Source: Dehalococcoidia bacterium
GTDB taxonomy: Bacteria > Chloroflexota > Dehalococcoidia > Lucifugimonadales > GCA-2712585
NCBI GenBank assembly: GCA_963665075.1
Contig: OY762063.1
Span: 145,040 to 209,039 of the forward strand
DNA length: 64,000 nt
Direction of reading: 5' to 3'
The position numbers were made by a program, and so were the translations under genes. The stretch's first letter is position 1. Each line of letters starts with the position of its first letter. The notes beneath the pieces are model-generated. The model saw only the letters and a list, made by a program, of their open reading frames with translations. It was not told the origin of the DNA and made no database searches. Of the stretch, positions 28,863 to 36,971 are shown piece by piece.

Positions 28863-30737
28863 TTAGTGGCGGAAGTGCCGGGTTCCGGTGAAGACCATTG
28901 CCAGACCGCGTTCGTTGGCGGCGTCGATGGAATCCTGGTCGCGGATGGAGCCGCCCGGCTGGATGATGGCGGTCACGCCGCCTTCGGCGGCGGTAATGAC
29001 GTTGTCCGAGAAGGGGAAGAAGGCGTCGGAGGCGAGGACGCTGCCTGTCGCCTTGTCACCGGCGGCGCGTAGGGCAAGAAAGATGCTGGTGACGCGGTTG
29101 GGCTGGCCGGCGCCCATGCCGATAAGGGCTTGGCCTTTTGCCAGCACGATGGCGTTGGATTTGACGTACTTGGCGGCTTTCCAGGCGAATTCCAGGTCGT
29201 GCATCTCGGCGTCGGTAGGCGTTCGTTCAGTGACGATTTTCCAGGCGGAGGCGTCTTCTCGACCAACGTCGGGGGTTTGGACGAGGAGGCCGCCGGTTAC
29301 GGGGCGAAGGTCATAATCGGTTTCGCCGCCGATGGTTGGACTTCGTTGTATGACGCGCAGGTTCTTGCGACGCTTGAGGAGGGCCAGAGCTTCCGGGCTG
29401 TAGCCGGGGGCGATGACGACTTCGTAGAAGACTCCACGCATGGCCTGAGCCGTTGACTCTTCGACGATGCTGTTAAAGCCGACGATGCCGCCGTAGGCGG
29501 AAACGGTGTCGCCCTGAAAGGCGCGGGCGTAGGCTTCCTTCTGGTCGGGATGGCTGGCGAGGCCGCAGGGGTTGGTGTGCTTGATGACGGCGACGGTAGT
29601 TTCGTCAAAGTCGCTGACGACGCGCCAAGCGGCGTCGGCGTCGACGATGTTGTTGAAGGAGAGGGCTTTGCCGTGGAGGAGTTGGTCGGTGGAATCGTCG
29701 TCGGTGGTTGACGCTTGATAGAGGGCGGCTTGCTGGTGGGGATTCTCGCCGTAGCGGAGGTCGTGGAGTTTGTTGTAGGTGAGGTTGAGTTCGGATGGCA
29801 GTCTTGCGGGGGCGAGGGATGGATTCCCGTCTGCACGGGAATGACGGAGGGTGGACGGGGATGGATTCCCGTCTGCACGGGGATGACGGAGGGTGGACGG
29901 GGATGGATTCCCGTCTGCACGGGAATGACGGATGGTGGACGGGGATGGATTCCCGTCTGCACGGGAATGACGGATGGTGGCGGGGGATGTATTCCCGTCT
30001 GCACGGGGATGACGGATGGTGGACGGGGATGTATTCCCGTCTGCACGGGAATGACGGAGGGTGGAGGGGGATGGATTCCCGCCTGCGCGGGAATGACGGA
30101 GGGTGGAGGGGGATGGATTCCCGTCTGCACGGGAATGACGGACGGCGGCGGGGGTGTCGGCGGCGGCGAGGTAGGAGGCGACGGCGTTGTCGTAGTCAGA
30201 AACGTGGCGGAAGGCTTTGTGGGCCAGGCGGCGACGGTCTTCGGTTGAGAGGCCAGATTCTGCCAGTTTGTCGGCAATCCAGCCGTAGTCGAACGGGTCG
30301 CAGACAACGGTTACGGAGGGGAAGTTTTTGGCCGCGGCGCGAAGCATGGAAGGGCCGCCGATGTCGATGTTTTCGAGGGCGTCGGCGAGGGTTGTTTCAG
30401 GATTAGCAATTGTCTGCTGGAAGGGGTAGAGGTTGGATACCACCACGTCGATGGGGTCGATTTTATGTTGGTCCAGTTCCGATAGATGGGCCGAATCGTC
30501 TCGCCGGGCGAGGAGGCCGCCGTGGATGCGGGGGTGGAGAGTCTTGACGCGTCCTTCCAGAATCTCGGGGAAGCCGGTGAGGTCCGAGACCTTTCCAACC
30601 GGGACGCCGGCCTCGTTGACAAGAAAATCGTAGGTGCCGCCGGTGCTGACCAGAGAATAACCGGCGTTGTGGAGGGCGCGGGCGAAGGGGGCGAGGCCGG
30701 TCTTGTCGTAGACGCTGATTAGGGCCAGGCGGGGCAA
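28863..30737 (-). CDS. purH: bifunctional AICAR transformylase / IMP cyclohydrolase with 112-aa repeat insertion in the interdomain linker
   Basis: N-terminal MGS-like domain (LISVYDKTGL, KTLHPRIHGG). C-terminal AICARFT domain (LRYGENPHQQAALY ... IIQPGGSIRDQDSI). Between them lie 8 copies of RHSRADGNPSPSTL. Confidence 0.93.
   Translation of the reverse strand: MPRLALISVYDKTGLAPFARALHNAGYSLVSTGGTYDFLVNEAGVPVGKVSDLTGFPEILEGRVKTLHPRIHGGLLARRDDSAHLSELDQHKIDPIDVVVSNLYPFQQTIANPETTLADALENIDIGGPSMLRAAAKNFPSVTVVCDPFDYGWIADKLAESGLSTEDRRRLAHKAFRHVSDYDNAVASYLAAADTPAAVRHSRADGNPSPSTLRHSRAGGNPSPSTLRHSRADGNTSPSTIRHPRADGNTSPATIRHSRADGNPSPSTIRHSRADGNPSPSTLRHPRADGNPSPSTLRHSRADGNPSLAPARLPSELNLTYNKLHDLRYGENPHQQAALYQASTTDDDSTDQLLHGKALSFNNIVDADAAWRVVSDFDETTVAVIKHTNPCGLASHPDQKEAYARAFQGDTVSAYGGIVGFNSIVEESTAQAMRGVFYEVVIAPGYSPEALALLKRRKNLRVIQRSPTIGGETDYDLRPVTGGLLVQTPDVGREDASAWKIVTERTPTDAEMHDLEFAWKAAKYVKSNAIVLAKGQALIGMGAGQPNRVTSIFLALRAAGDKATGSVLASDAFFPFSDNVITAAEGGVTAIIQPGGSIRDQDSIDAANERGLAMVFTGTRHFRH
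29815..30145 (+). repeat. 8 tandem 42-bp A-module units located inside the purH coding sequence
   Basis: GGATTCCC/GTATTCCC cores start at 29821, 29863, 29905, 29947, 29989, 30031, 30073 and 30115. Each unit carries ATTCCCGT-CTGC-ACGGGAAT, except the unit at 30073, which has ATTCCCGC-CTGC-GCGGGAAT. Confidence 0.95.
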
Positions 30738-30740
30738 CGG

Positions 30741-31760
30741 CTACCTCTGCATGTGAACCTGGGTGGAGTCGGTTCGCTTGACTACCTCGCCCATGACCAC
30801 GGCGTCGGGGAAGGAGCGTTGAAGAGACGCCCAGGCGTCGTGGTCGCAGATTAGAACCATGCCAAGGCCCATGTTGAAGACCTGGTACATTTCCTGGGGG
30901 TCCACCTCTCCGACGTTCTGTATGAGGTTGAAGATGGGGTGAGGTTCCCAGGCGTCGAGGCGGACGCGGGCGGCCAATTGGTCGGGCAGCAGGCGGGGGA
31001 TGTTGTTGGGGAGGCCGCCGCCGCTGACGTGCACCACGGCCTTGAGTCGCCCGAAGTGGGGCTTGAGGACGTGATAGTAGCTGCGGTGGGGCTTGATGAG
31101 TTCCTCGCCGAGGGCGTGGCCAAGCTCCTGGTATTGCTGATACAGGACGGAGGGGTTGTCGTCGATGTCGAAGACCTTTCGGACGAGGGAGTAGCCGTTG
31201 GTGTGGAGGCCGCTGGAGGGCAATCCAAGGAGGACGTCGCCTTCGACGACGCCGCTGCCGTCGATAATGGCGGACTCTTCGACGGCGCCTACGACGGTGC
31301 CCGCGAGGTCGAATTCGCCGTCGGCGTAGAGGCCCGGCATCTGGGCGGTCTCGCCGCCGACGAGGGCGCAGTCTACTTCGCGGCAGGCCCATACCATGCC
31401 GCGCAGCATGGGTTCGACGATTTGCGGGTCGAGCCGGCCGAGGGAGATATAGTCGAGGAACATGAGGGGATGGGCGCCGCAGGTGACGATGTCGTTGACG
31501 TTCAGGTTGACCAGGTCGATGCCGAGGGACTCGTAGTGTCCGAGCAGGGAGGCGACTTTCATCTTGGTGCCGACGCCGTCGGTGCTGGCGGCGAGGACGG
31601 GGTTCTTGTAGTTGCGGAGGCGGTAGAGGCCGGCGAAGGCGCCGACGCCTTTCAACACTTCCGGGCCGTGGGTGAGGGAGGCGAAGGCGCCGATGCGTTC
31701 CTTGAGGGATTCGATTCCCTGGAGGTCTACGCCGGCGGATTGGTATGTGCTAGAGGGCAT
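30741..31760 (-). CDS. purM: phosphoribosylformylglycinamidine cyclo-ligase (AIR synthetase)
   Basis: YQSAGVDL N-terminus, DGVGTK, GGETAQMPG motifs. The stop lies 3 nt before the purH start. Confidence 0.95.
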   Translation of the reverse strand: MPSSTYQSAGVDLQGIESLKERIGAFASLTHGPEVLKGVGAFAGLYRLRNYKNPVLAASTDGVGTKMKVASLLGHYESLGIDLVNLNVNDIVTCGAHPLMFLDYISLGRLDPQIVEPMLRGMVWACREVDCALVGGETAQMPGLYADGEFDLAGTVVGAVEESAIIDGSGVVEGDVLLGLPSSGLHTNGYSLVRKVFDIDDNPSVLYQQYQELGHALGEELIKPHRSYYHVLKPHFGRLKAVVHVSGGGLPNNIPRLLPDQLAARVRLDAWEPHPIFNLIQNVGEVDPQEMYQVFNMGLGMVLICDHDAWASLQRSFPDAVVMGEVVKRTDSTQVHMQR

Positions 31761-31764
31761 TTTT

Positions 31765-32300
31765 CACCCCCATCCTAACCTTCCCCCATCGAGGGGGAAG
31801 GGAGAAGAAGGGGATGGATTCCCGCCTGCGCGGGAATGACGGAAGGGCGAGACGGGGGAAGTGATGGGACTGGATTCCGGCTTTCGCCGGAATGACGGGA
31901 TGGTGGGTGGGGGAAGGGAGAAGAAGGGAACGGGCGACAACAAGGGGCGTCCCTACGGAGGGATGGTTGGGGGAAGGGGGGAGATGGATTCCCGCCTGCG
32001 CGGGAATGACGGAAGGGCGAGACGGGGGAAGTGATGGGACTGGATTCCGGCTTTCGCCGGAATGACGGGATGGTGGGCGGGGGAAGGGAGAAGACGCTCG
32101 ACCCTTCGACAGGCTCAGGGTGAGCGGGAAGGAGGGTAGGCTCAGGGTGGGCGGGAAGGAGGGTAGGCGCAGGGTGATCGGGAAGGAGGGTAGGCTCAGG
32201 GTGAGCGGATGGGGTTTGGCTCAGGGTGAGAGGGCAACTCTTGTAGTTGCTCCTGCGGAGAGGGGGATGGGTTCCCGCTTTCGCGGGAATGACGGAAGGG
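31765..32300 (+). repeat. intergenic repeat cluster between purF and purM (B, A, A', a 112-bp near-identical duplication, C with 27-bp tandem units, A)
   Basis: 31813-31924 and 31983-32094 differ at one position (period 170). The 27-bp units GGCTCAGGGTGAGCGGGAAGGAGGGTA start at 32112, 32139, 32166 and 32193, with a degenerate fifth starting near 32218. Confidence 0.9.
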
Positions 32301-32330
32301 GATAGCGGGAACGAGAAGGGGTGAAGGGGG

Positions 32331-33785
32331 TTAGTCAATGGGTTCACCGGAGCGTTCGAGGACGAGTTTGTCCATTTCGAGCTGGATGGGGATTGGGTAG
32401 TTGCCGCTGAAGCAGGCGTGGCAGAAGCCGTTGGCCTGTCCGTCCACCACGTCCAGCAGCCCGGCTTCGCTGAGGTAGCCGAGGGTATCGACGCCGATGA
32501 ATTCGCGGATTTCCTCCACGGTCATGTTGGCGGCGATGAGTTCGCGTCGGGTGGCCATGTCTACGCCGAAGTGGCAACTCCAGCGGATGGGCGGGGCGCA
32601 GACGCGCATGTGGATTTCCTTGGCGCCCGCGCGGCGCAGCAGGCGCACGACCCTCGGCGTGGTGGTGCCGCGGACGATGCTGTCGTCCACGACGATGAGA
32701 CGCTTGCCCTGGATGACGTCGGGCATTGGGTTGAACTTAAGCTGAACGTCCAGCTCCCGGAGGCTCTGGTCGGGCTGGATGAAGGTCCGGCCCACGTAGC
32801 GATTCTTAATCAGGCCATCGCTGTAGGGGATGCCGATTTCGGCGGCGTAGCCCATCGCGGCGGCGGTGGCGGAGTCGGGGATGCCGATAACCACGTCGCC
32901 CTCGGCGGGCTGCTCCCGGGCCAGCTTCGCGCCCATTGCACGGCGGACGGAATAGACCTGGGAGCCGTCTATCTGAGTGTCCGGCCGGGCGAAGTAGATG
33001 AGTTCGAAGACGCAGAGGGCGCGGCGTTGGTCTCTGCCATCCCAGATGAAGGAGCGGATGCCGTCGCGGTCGATTATGACGGCTTCGGCGGGTTCCAGTT
33101 CGCGGACGTATTCGGCGCCGACGTGGTCGAGGGCGCAGCTTTCGGAAGCGACAATCCAGCCGCCGCTTTGCAGTCTTCCCAGGCAGAGGGGGCGCACCCC
33201 GAGGGGGTCCTTGATGCCGATGGTGACTTCGCGGGTCTGCACGACGGCGGAATAGGCGCCCTGTGCGTTTCGCATGACGTAGGTCAACCGCTCTTCCCAA
33301 CTCTCGCCGGGGGCGTTGGCGAGGAGGCAGGCCAGCACCTCGGAATCGCTGGAGGTCGCGAAAGTCAGGCCCCAGTCGGACTGGAGCTTCTTGCGGAGGG
33401 CGAGGGCGTTGACCAGGTTGCCGTTGTGACCGAGGGCCAGCTGGCCGTTGACGCCGGAAACGACGAAGGGCTGGGCGTTGTTGAGGGTGCTGGAGCCGGT
33501 GGTGGAGTAGCGGGTATGACCGATGGCCATGTCGGCGGTGAGGTGGGCCAGTTCGTCTTCCCGGAAGGCCTGGGCGACCAAGCCCATGTCGGTGTGCACT
33601 CTGAGGAAGCGACCGTCGGAGGAGGCGATGCCGGCGCTTTCCTGCCCCCGATGCTGGAGGGCGAAAAGGCCGAAGAAAGCCAGGCGTGCGGCCCTGTTCC
33701 TGGGCGAATAAACGCCGACTACCCCACATTCTTCCCTGGGCTTGTCCGGGAAGGTCCAAGGTCGGCGGCGTTCAGCCATTTCCAC
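32331..33785 (-). CDS. purF: amidophosphoribosyltransferase
   Basis: Propeptide then CGVVGVY (N-terminal nucleophile Cys), PRT motif VVDDSIVRGTT, and a C-terminal Cys cluster CHACFSGNYP. Confidence 0.95.
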   Translation of the reverse strand: MEMAERRRPWTFPDKPREECGVVGVYSPRNRAARLAFFGLFALQHRGQESAGIASSDGRFLRVHTDMGLVAQAFREDELAHLTADMAIGHTRYSTTGSSTLNNAQPFVVSGVNGQLALGHNGNLVNALALRKKLQSDWGLTFATSSDSEVLACLLANAPGESWEERLTYVMRNAQGAYSAVVQTREVTIGIKDPLGVRPLCLGRLQSGGWIVASESCALDHVGAEYVRELEPAEAVIIDRDGIRSFIWDGRDQRRALCVFELIYFARPDTQIDGSQVYSVRRAMGAKLAREQPAEGDVVIGIPDSATAAAMGYAAEIGIPYSDGLIKNRYVGRTFIQPDQSLRELDVQLKFNPMPDVIQGKRLIVVDDSIVRGTTTPRVVRLLRRAGAKEIHMRVCAPPIRWSCHFGVDMATRRELIAANMTVEEIREFIGVDTLGYLSEAGLLDVVDGQANGFCHACFSGNYPIPIQLEMDKLVLERSGEPID

Positions 33786-33859
33786 CCCCTAAAGGAGGAT
33801 TATAGACTTACGGGTTGGCGAGGGCAAGGGGGGAGGGAGTTCACCCGCGTTCCGGCCCC

Positions 33860-34230
33860 TCCCCTAGATTCCCGCTTTCGCGGGAATGACGGAGGTGGTT
33901 GAAGGGGGAAGGGATAAGATACCCTTCGACAAGCTCAGGGTGAGCGGAGGGTTGCGATGGATTCCCGCTTGCGCGGGAATGACGGGTGGGGTTGCGGGAA
34001 TGACGGGTGGGGTTGCGGGAATGACGGGTGGGGTTGCGGGAATGACGGGTGGGGTTGCGGGAATGACGGAGGGGGTTGCGGGAATGACGGAGGTGGTTGC
34101 GGATTGGCGATGGGGTTGCAGAACGACGGGTAGGGGCGACCGGCCGGTCGCCCCTACAGAGGAGAGCAAGGGGGGCGCCCTCACCCCGGCCCTCTCCCAG
34201 GATGGGAGAGGGGGGAAGAGGGGAAGGGGG
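33860..34230 (+). repeat. intergenic repeat cluster upstream of purF (A, C, A, ~6-7 tandem 21-bp units GCGGGAATGACGGGTGGGGTT, E palindrome, B')
   Basis: 21-bp unit starts at 33973, 33994, 34015, 34036, 34057 and 34078, with a degenerate one at 34099. E is GTAGGGGCGACCGGCCGGTCGCCCCTAC at 34130-34157. Confidence 0.9.
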
Positions 34231-34246
34231 AGGATGGGGGTTCATG

Positions 34247-34912
34247 TTAGCGGTTGTGGTAGTTGTCTTTGGGGGTGATGGAGACGCGGCGGCCGTTGCC
34301 CCAGCCGGAGCTTTCGGTGGTCACCGATGGGTTGTTGGCGAGGGCCATGTGGACGATGCGGCGCTCGTTGGGAGGCATGGGTTCCAGGGAGATGGAGCGT
34401 CCGGTGCCGGCCACCTTGTTGGCGACGCGCTGGGCCAACTCCTCCAGGGAGCGCTGCCTCCTCAGCCGGTACTCTTCAACGTCGAGAAGGACGCGGACGT
34501 TCTCTTCCTGGCTTCGGTTGACGATGATGTTGACGATGAATTGAAGGGAGCGGAGGGTTTCGCCGCGTCTGCCGATGAGCAGGCCGGCGTCTTCGCCTTC
34601 GATGTCCACCTGGGGGCCGCCCGACTGGGGGTCGTGGGCGCTTCTGAGGGTGCAAATGGCGGACGCTCCGGACAGTTCCAGCAGCGTGGAGACGACCTCC
34701 ATCGTCTTGAGGCCGGCGTCGTCCTGGATGGAGAGCTTGCGGACACGAATCTTGGCGTCTTCCGAACCTATGCCGAGGAAGCCGACCTTTCCGCGGCTAA
34801 TGACCTCTACTTCTACCTCGTCGCGCGCGGCGTCGAGCTCGTGCATTGCGACCTCGATTGCTTCGTCGACGGTTTTTGCCGTTATTACTCTTGTCAGTGG
34901 ATCCTCTATCAT
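34247..34912 (-). CDS. jag: Jag/KhpB-type RNA-binding protein (Jag_N, KH, R3H)
   Basis: VITAKTVDEAIEVAMHELDAARDEVEVEVISRGKVGFLG (Jag_N), LLIGRRGETLRSLQFIV (KH), and MPPNERRIVHMAL (R3H). ATG 34912 is preceded by GAGGAGG. Confidence 0.9.
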   Translation of the reverse strand: MIEDPLTRVITAKTVDEAIEVAMHELDAARDEVEVEVISRGKVGFLGIGSEDAKIRVRKLSIQDDAGLKTMEVVSTLLELSGASAICTLRSAHDPQSGGPQVDIEGEDAGLLIGRRGETLRSLQFIVNIIVNRSQEENVRVLLDVEEYRLRRQRSLEELAQRVANKVAGTGRSISLEPMPPNERRIVHMALANNPSVTTESSGWGNGRRVSITPKDNYHNR

Positions 34913-35732
34913 CTGTTGCTTCCTCCTCGGGTTGGGAGTCCTTCTCATCGTCCTTGTCGTCGTCCTCCTGGACCGCGGGCGTGGACTTGCGGAAGAGAGG
35001 CTCCCAACCGGTTATTGGATATTGGGTGAATACGCCCACCACGTTCGACACCACCCAGTAGAGGGCGAGGCCGCTGGGGAAGGTCATGCTCAGAAGACCG
35101 AGCATAATCGGCATCATCCAGAGCATCATCGACTGGGTGGACTGCTGGCGCGGGTCCGCCGAGGGCATGGACGTCATCTTCTGCTGAACCCAGGTGGAAC
35201 CGCCGACAAGCAGGGGCATGACGATGTTGGTGGGGTCCGGCTCGGCGAGGTTGAGCCACAGGAAATCGCTGCTGAGGGGTATGGCCTCGTGGACGTTCGG
35301 CACCCAGGAATAGAGCTTTTCGGAAAGGGCGACCAGCCTGTCGGGGTTGGTGGGCAGGGTTTGAATGAGGGCCTGGAAGAGGCCAATCCATATCGGGAAC
35401 TGGATGAGCAGGGGGCCGAGGCAGCCGACGGGGTTGACGCCGGCCTCCCGGTACATTTTCATAGTTTCCGAGGAGATCTTCTTGGAGTCGCCCTTGTACT
35501 TGTCCCGGATCTTCTGCATCCTGGGCTGGAGGGCGGTCATGGCCCGCATCTGCCGAATCTGCTTGAGGGTGAGGGGGGTGGTGAGGATGCGGATGATGAT
35601 GGTGAAGGCGATGATGGAGAGGCCCATGTTGCTGAACAGCACGGAGTAGAGGAACACGAGGCTGTTTATCATGGGCCGCAGGATGCCCTGATTCCAGATG
35701 TCGGTGAAAAGGTTGGCTAGGATATATTCCAT
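34797..35732 (-). CDS. yidC: membrane protein insertase YidC (short, monoderm-type) with acidic-then-basic C-terminal tail
   Basis: Conserved TTPLTLKQIRQMRAMTALQPRMQKIRDKYK and GCLGPLLIQFPIWIGLF. The ORF has no stop until 34797, so its tail (..NNGKNRRRSNRGRNARARRRARRGRSRGH) overlaps jag. Confidence 0.9.
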   Translation of the reverse strand: MEYILANLFTDIWNQGILRPMINSLVFLYSVLFSNMGLSIIAFTIIIRILTTPLTLKQIRQMRAMTALQPRMQKIRDKYKGDSKKISSETMKMYREAGVNPVGCLGPLLIQFPIWIGLFQALIQTLPTNPDRLVALSEKLYSWVPNVHEAIPLSSDFLWLNLAEPDPTNIVMPLLVGGSTWVQQKMTSMPSADPRQQSTQSMMLWMMPIMLGLLSMTFPSGLALYWVVSNVVGVFTQYPITGWEPLFRKSTPAVQEDDDKDDEKDSQPEEEATDDRGSTDKSNNGKNRRRSNRGRNARARRRARRGRSRGH

Positions 35733-35742
35733 GCTTACTCGG

Positions 35743-36969
35743 CTATTCTCTGGTTTCCACGGTCCAGGATACTCTCCATCTGTCCACGTCCAAGGACCTT
35801 ACCACACCGTCAACGTCTCCGAAATAGACGCGGGCCAGTTCGCCCGCGCCCGCGGAAGCGAGGGAGGCGCGGATGTCTTTGTCGAGAGGAAGGGGCACCT
35901 CCTCGGCGGTTCCGGTGGACACGTCCAGTATGGATACCAGGCCACTTTTCGCGGCGACGACCAACTTGTCGTCGATGAGGGCCGGCGTGGAGTTGACGAT
36001 GTATCCGATTTCGTGAGTCCACAGAGGAGGGTCGCCGTCGCGCCGGTCGATGGGTAGGGCGACGACCTCCCCGCCCATGTCCGAAACGAAGACGGTTGCG
36101 CCGTCGGAGACGGGGCCGGCCCACCACCAGCCGTCGGATGAATAGGTCCACAGGACGGCGGCGTTGGAGGCGTTCAGGGCGTAGAAGGTGCGGTCGAAGG
36201 AGCCGAAGACGACGGCGCCGCCTACAACGAGGGGGCTGGTGACGATGGCGCCGCCGGTCTTGAACTTCCAGACTTCTTCGCCGGATTCGACGGAAACGGC
36301 GTAGATATAGCCGTCCATTGCGCCGAAGTAGGCCACGCCGTTGGCGATGGCGGGGGTTGACCAGATGCGACGCTCCTTGCCCTGACTGGTGAGAAGGCCC
36401 TGGGTCTGGTAGGTCCAGCGCCGGTCGCCGTTGGCGGCGTCGAAGCAGTAGAGCCGGCCGTCTTCGGAACCCACCAGCAGGCGGCCGCCCGTGAGCACGG
36501 GGCCGCCGACGAGGGCGCCTTCGATGGTCTTCTCCCATTCGTCCTGTTGAAGCTGGCTGTTGGACTCCCTATCGCGCCGCAGGGCAATGAGGCGGCCCGT
36601 TTCTTCGTCGGTGCGGGCGCTGCTCAGGTAGACGTGGGTTTCGCCGACGGCCGGCGGGCCGAAGATGGAACCGAGCCGGTTCTCCTCCCGGGGTTTGTAT
36701 TCCCAGAGGGGAGCGGCGCGTTCGTCCTTGTCCAACTCCTGGGCGTTCAGGGCAAGGACGTTGCCGTCGCGGGTTCCGGCGTAGACGACGCCGTCGGCCA
36801 CGGTGACCGGCGTCCAACCTTCGGCGACGCCGATGACGTTCCCCGGCGCGCAGGCCGCCAGAACCAGCGCCAAGAGGGCGATGGCGGGAAGCAGCAGGAT
36901 CGGGTGCGGCTTGGGGGAGGTCTTTGGAACGCCTGAGGGCGCAGATCCGGTTATGGAAGGGATTGGCAT
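35743..36969 (-). CDS. PQQ-like beta-propeller repeat lipoprotein (BamB/YfgL-like fold)
   Basis: I moved the start to ATG 36969. Signal/lipobox LLALVLAAC-AP. Repeated motifs (DGRLYCFDAANGDRRWTY, DGYIYAVSVESGEEVWKF, DRTFYALNASNAAVLWTY) are typical of PQQ-propeller blades. Confidence 0.8.
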   Translation of the reverse strand: MPIPSITGSAPSGVPKTSPKPHPILLLPAIALLALVLAACAPGNVIGVAEGWTPVTVADGVVYAGTRDGNVLALNAQELDKDERAAPLWEYKPREENRLGSIFGPPAVGETHVYLSSARTDEETGRLIALRRDRESNSQLQQDEWEKTIEGALVGGPVLTGGRLLVGSEDGRLYCFDAANGDRRWTYQTQGLLTSQGKERRIWSTPAIANGVAYFGAMDGYIYAVSVESGEEVWKFKTGGAIVTSPLVVGGAVVFGSFDRTFYALNASNAAVLWTYSSDGWWWAGPVSDGATVFVSDMGGEVVALPIDRRDGDPPLWTHEIGYIVNSTPALIDDKLVVAAKSGLVSILDVSTGTAEEVPLPLDKDIRASLASAGAGELARVYFGDVDGVVRSLDVDRWRVSWTVETRE

Positions 36970-36971
36970 GA

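Noticed and set aside
29297-30307. ORFs that translate the repeat modules as if they were proteins. Examples: the 336-aa Pro/Ser-rich ORF and the + strand ORFs 29715-30248 and 29795-30406 over the purH array. Others are at 10844-11227, 11448-11738, 31775-32347, 33841-34245, 20009-20320, 46228-46530 and 45203-45622.
   Set aside because: Their sequences are strings of repeat-derived peptides (IPAQAGIH, RHSRAGGNP, WIPACAGMT, DSRLRGNDG, PFDKLRVSG). The same DNA gives open frames in several phases. They have no start-site support.
33786-34246. A purine, ZTP or other riboswitch upstream of purF, and likewise upstream of guaA (57180-57371), plus a T-box-like string GCTTAGGTGCGTTGGCGCGG upstream of metG (15596-15615).
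   Set aside because: I could not match the conserved cores as I remember them (purine-riboswitch junction residues; ZTP GGGTCG...CCGCCTGGGC pseudoknot; T-box GGGTGGTACCGCG with specifier-loop architecture). The leaders are either repeat modules or too short. Only an Rfam scan could settle this.
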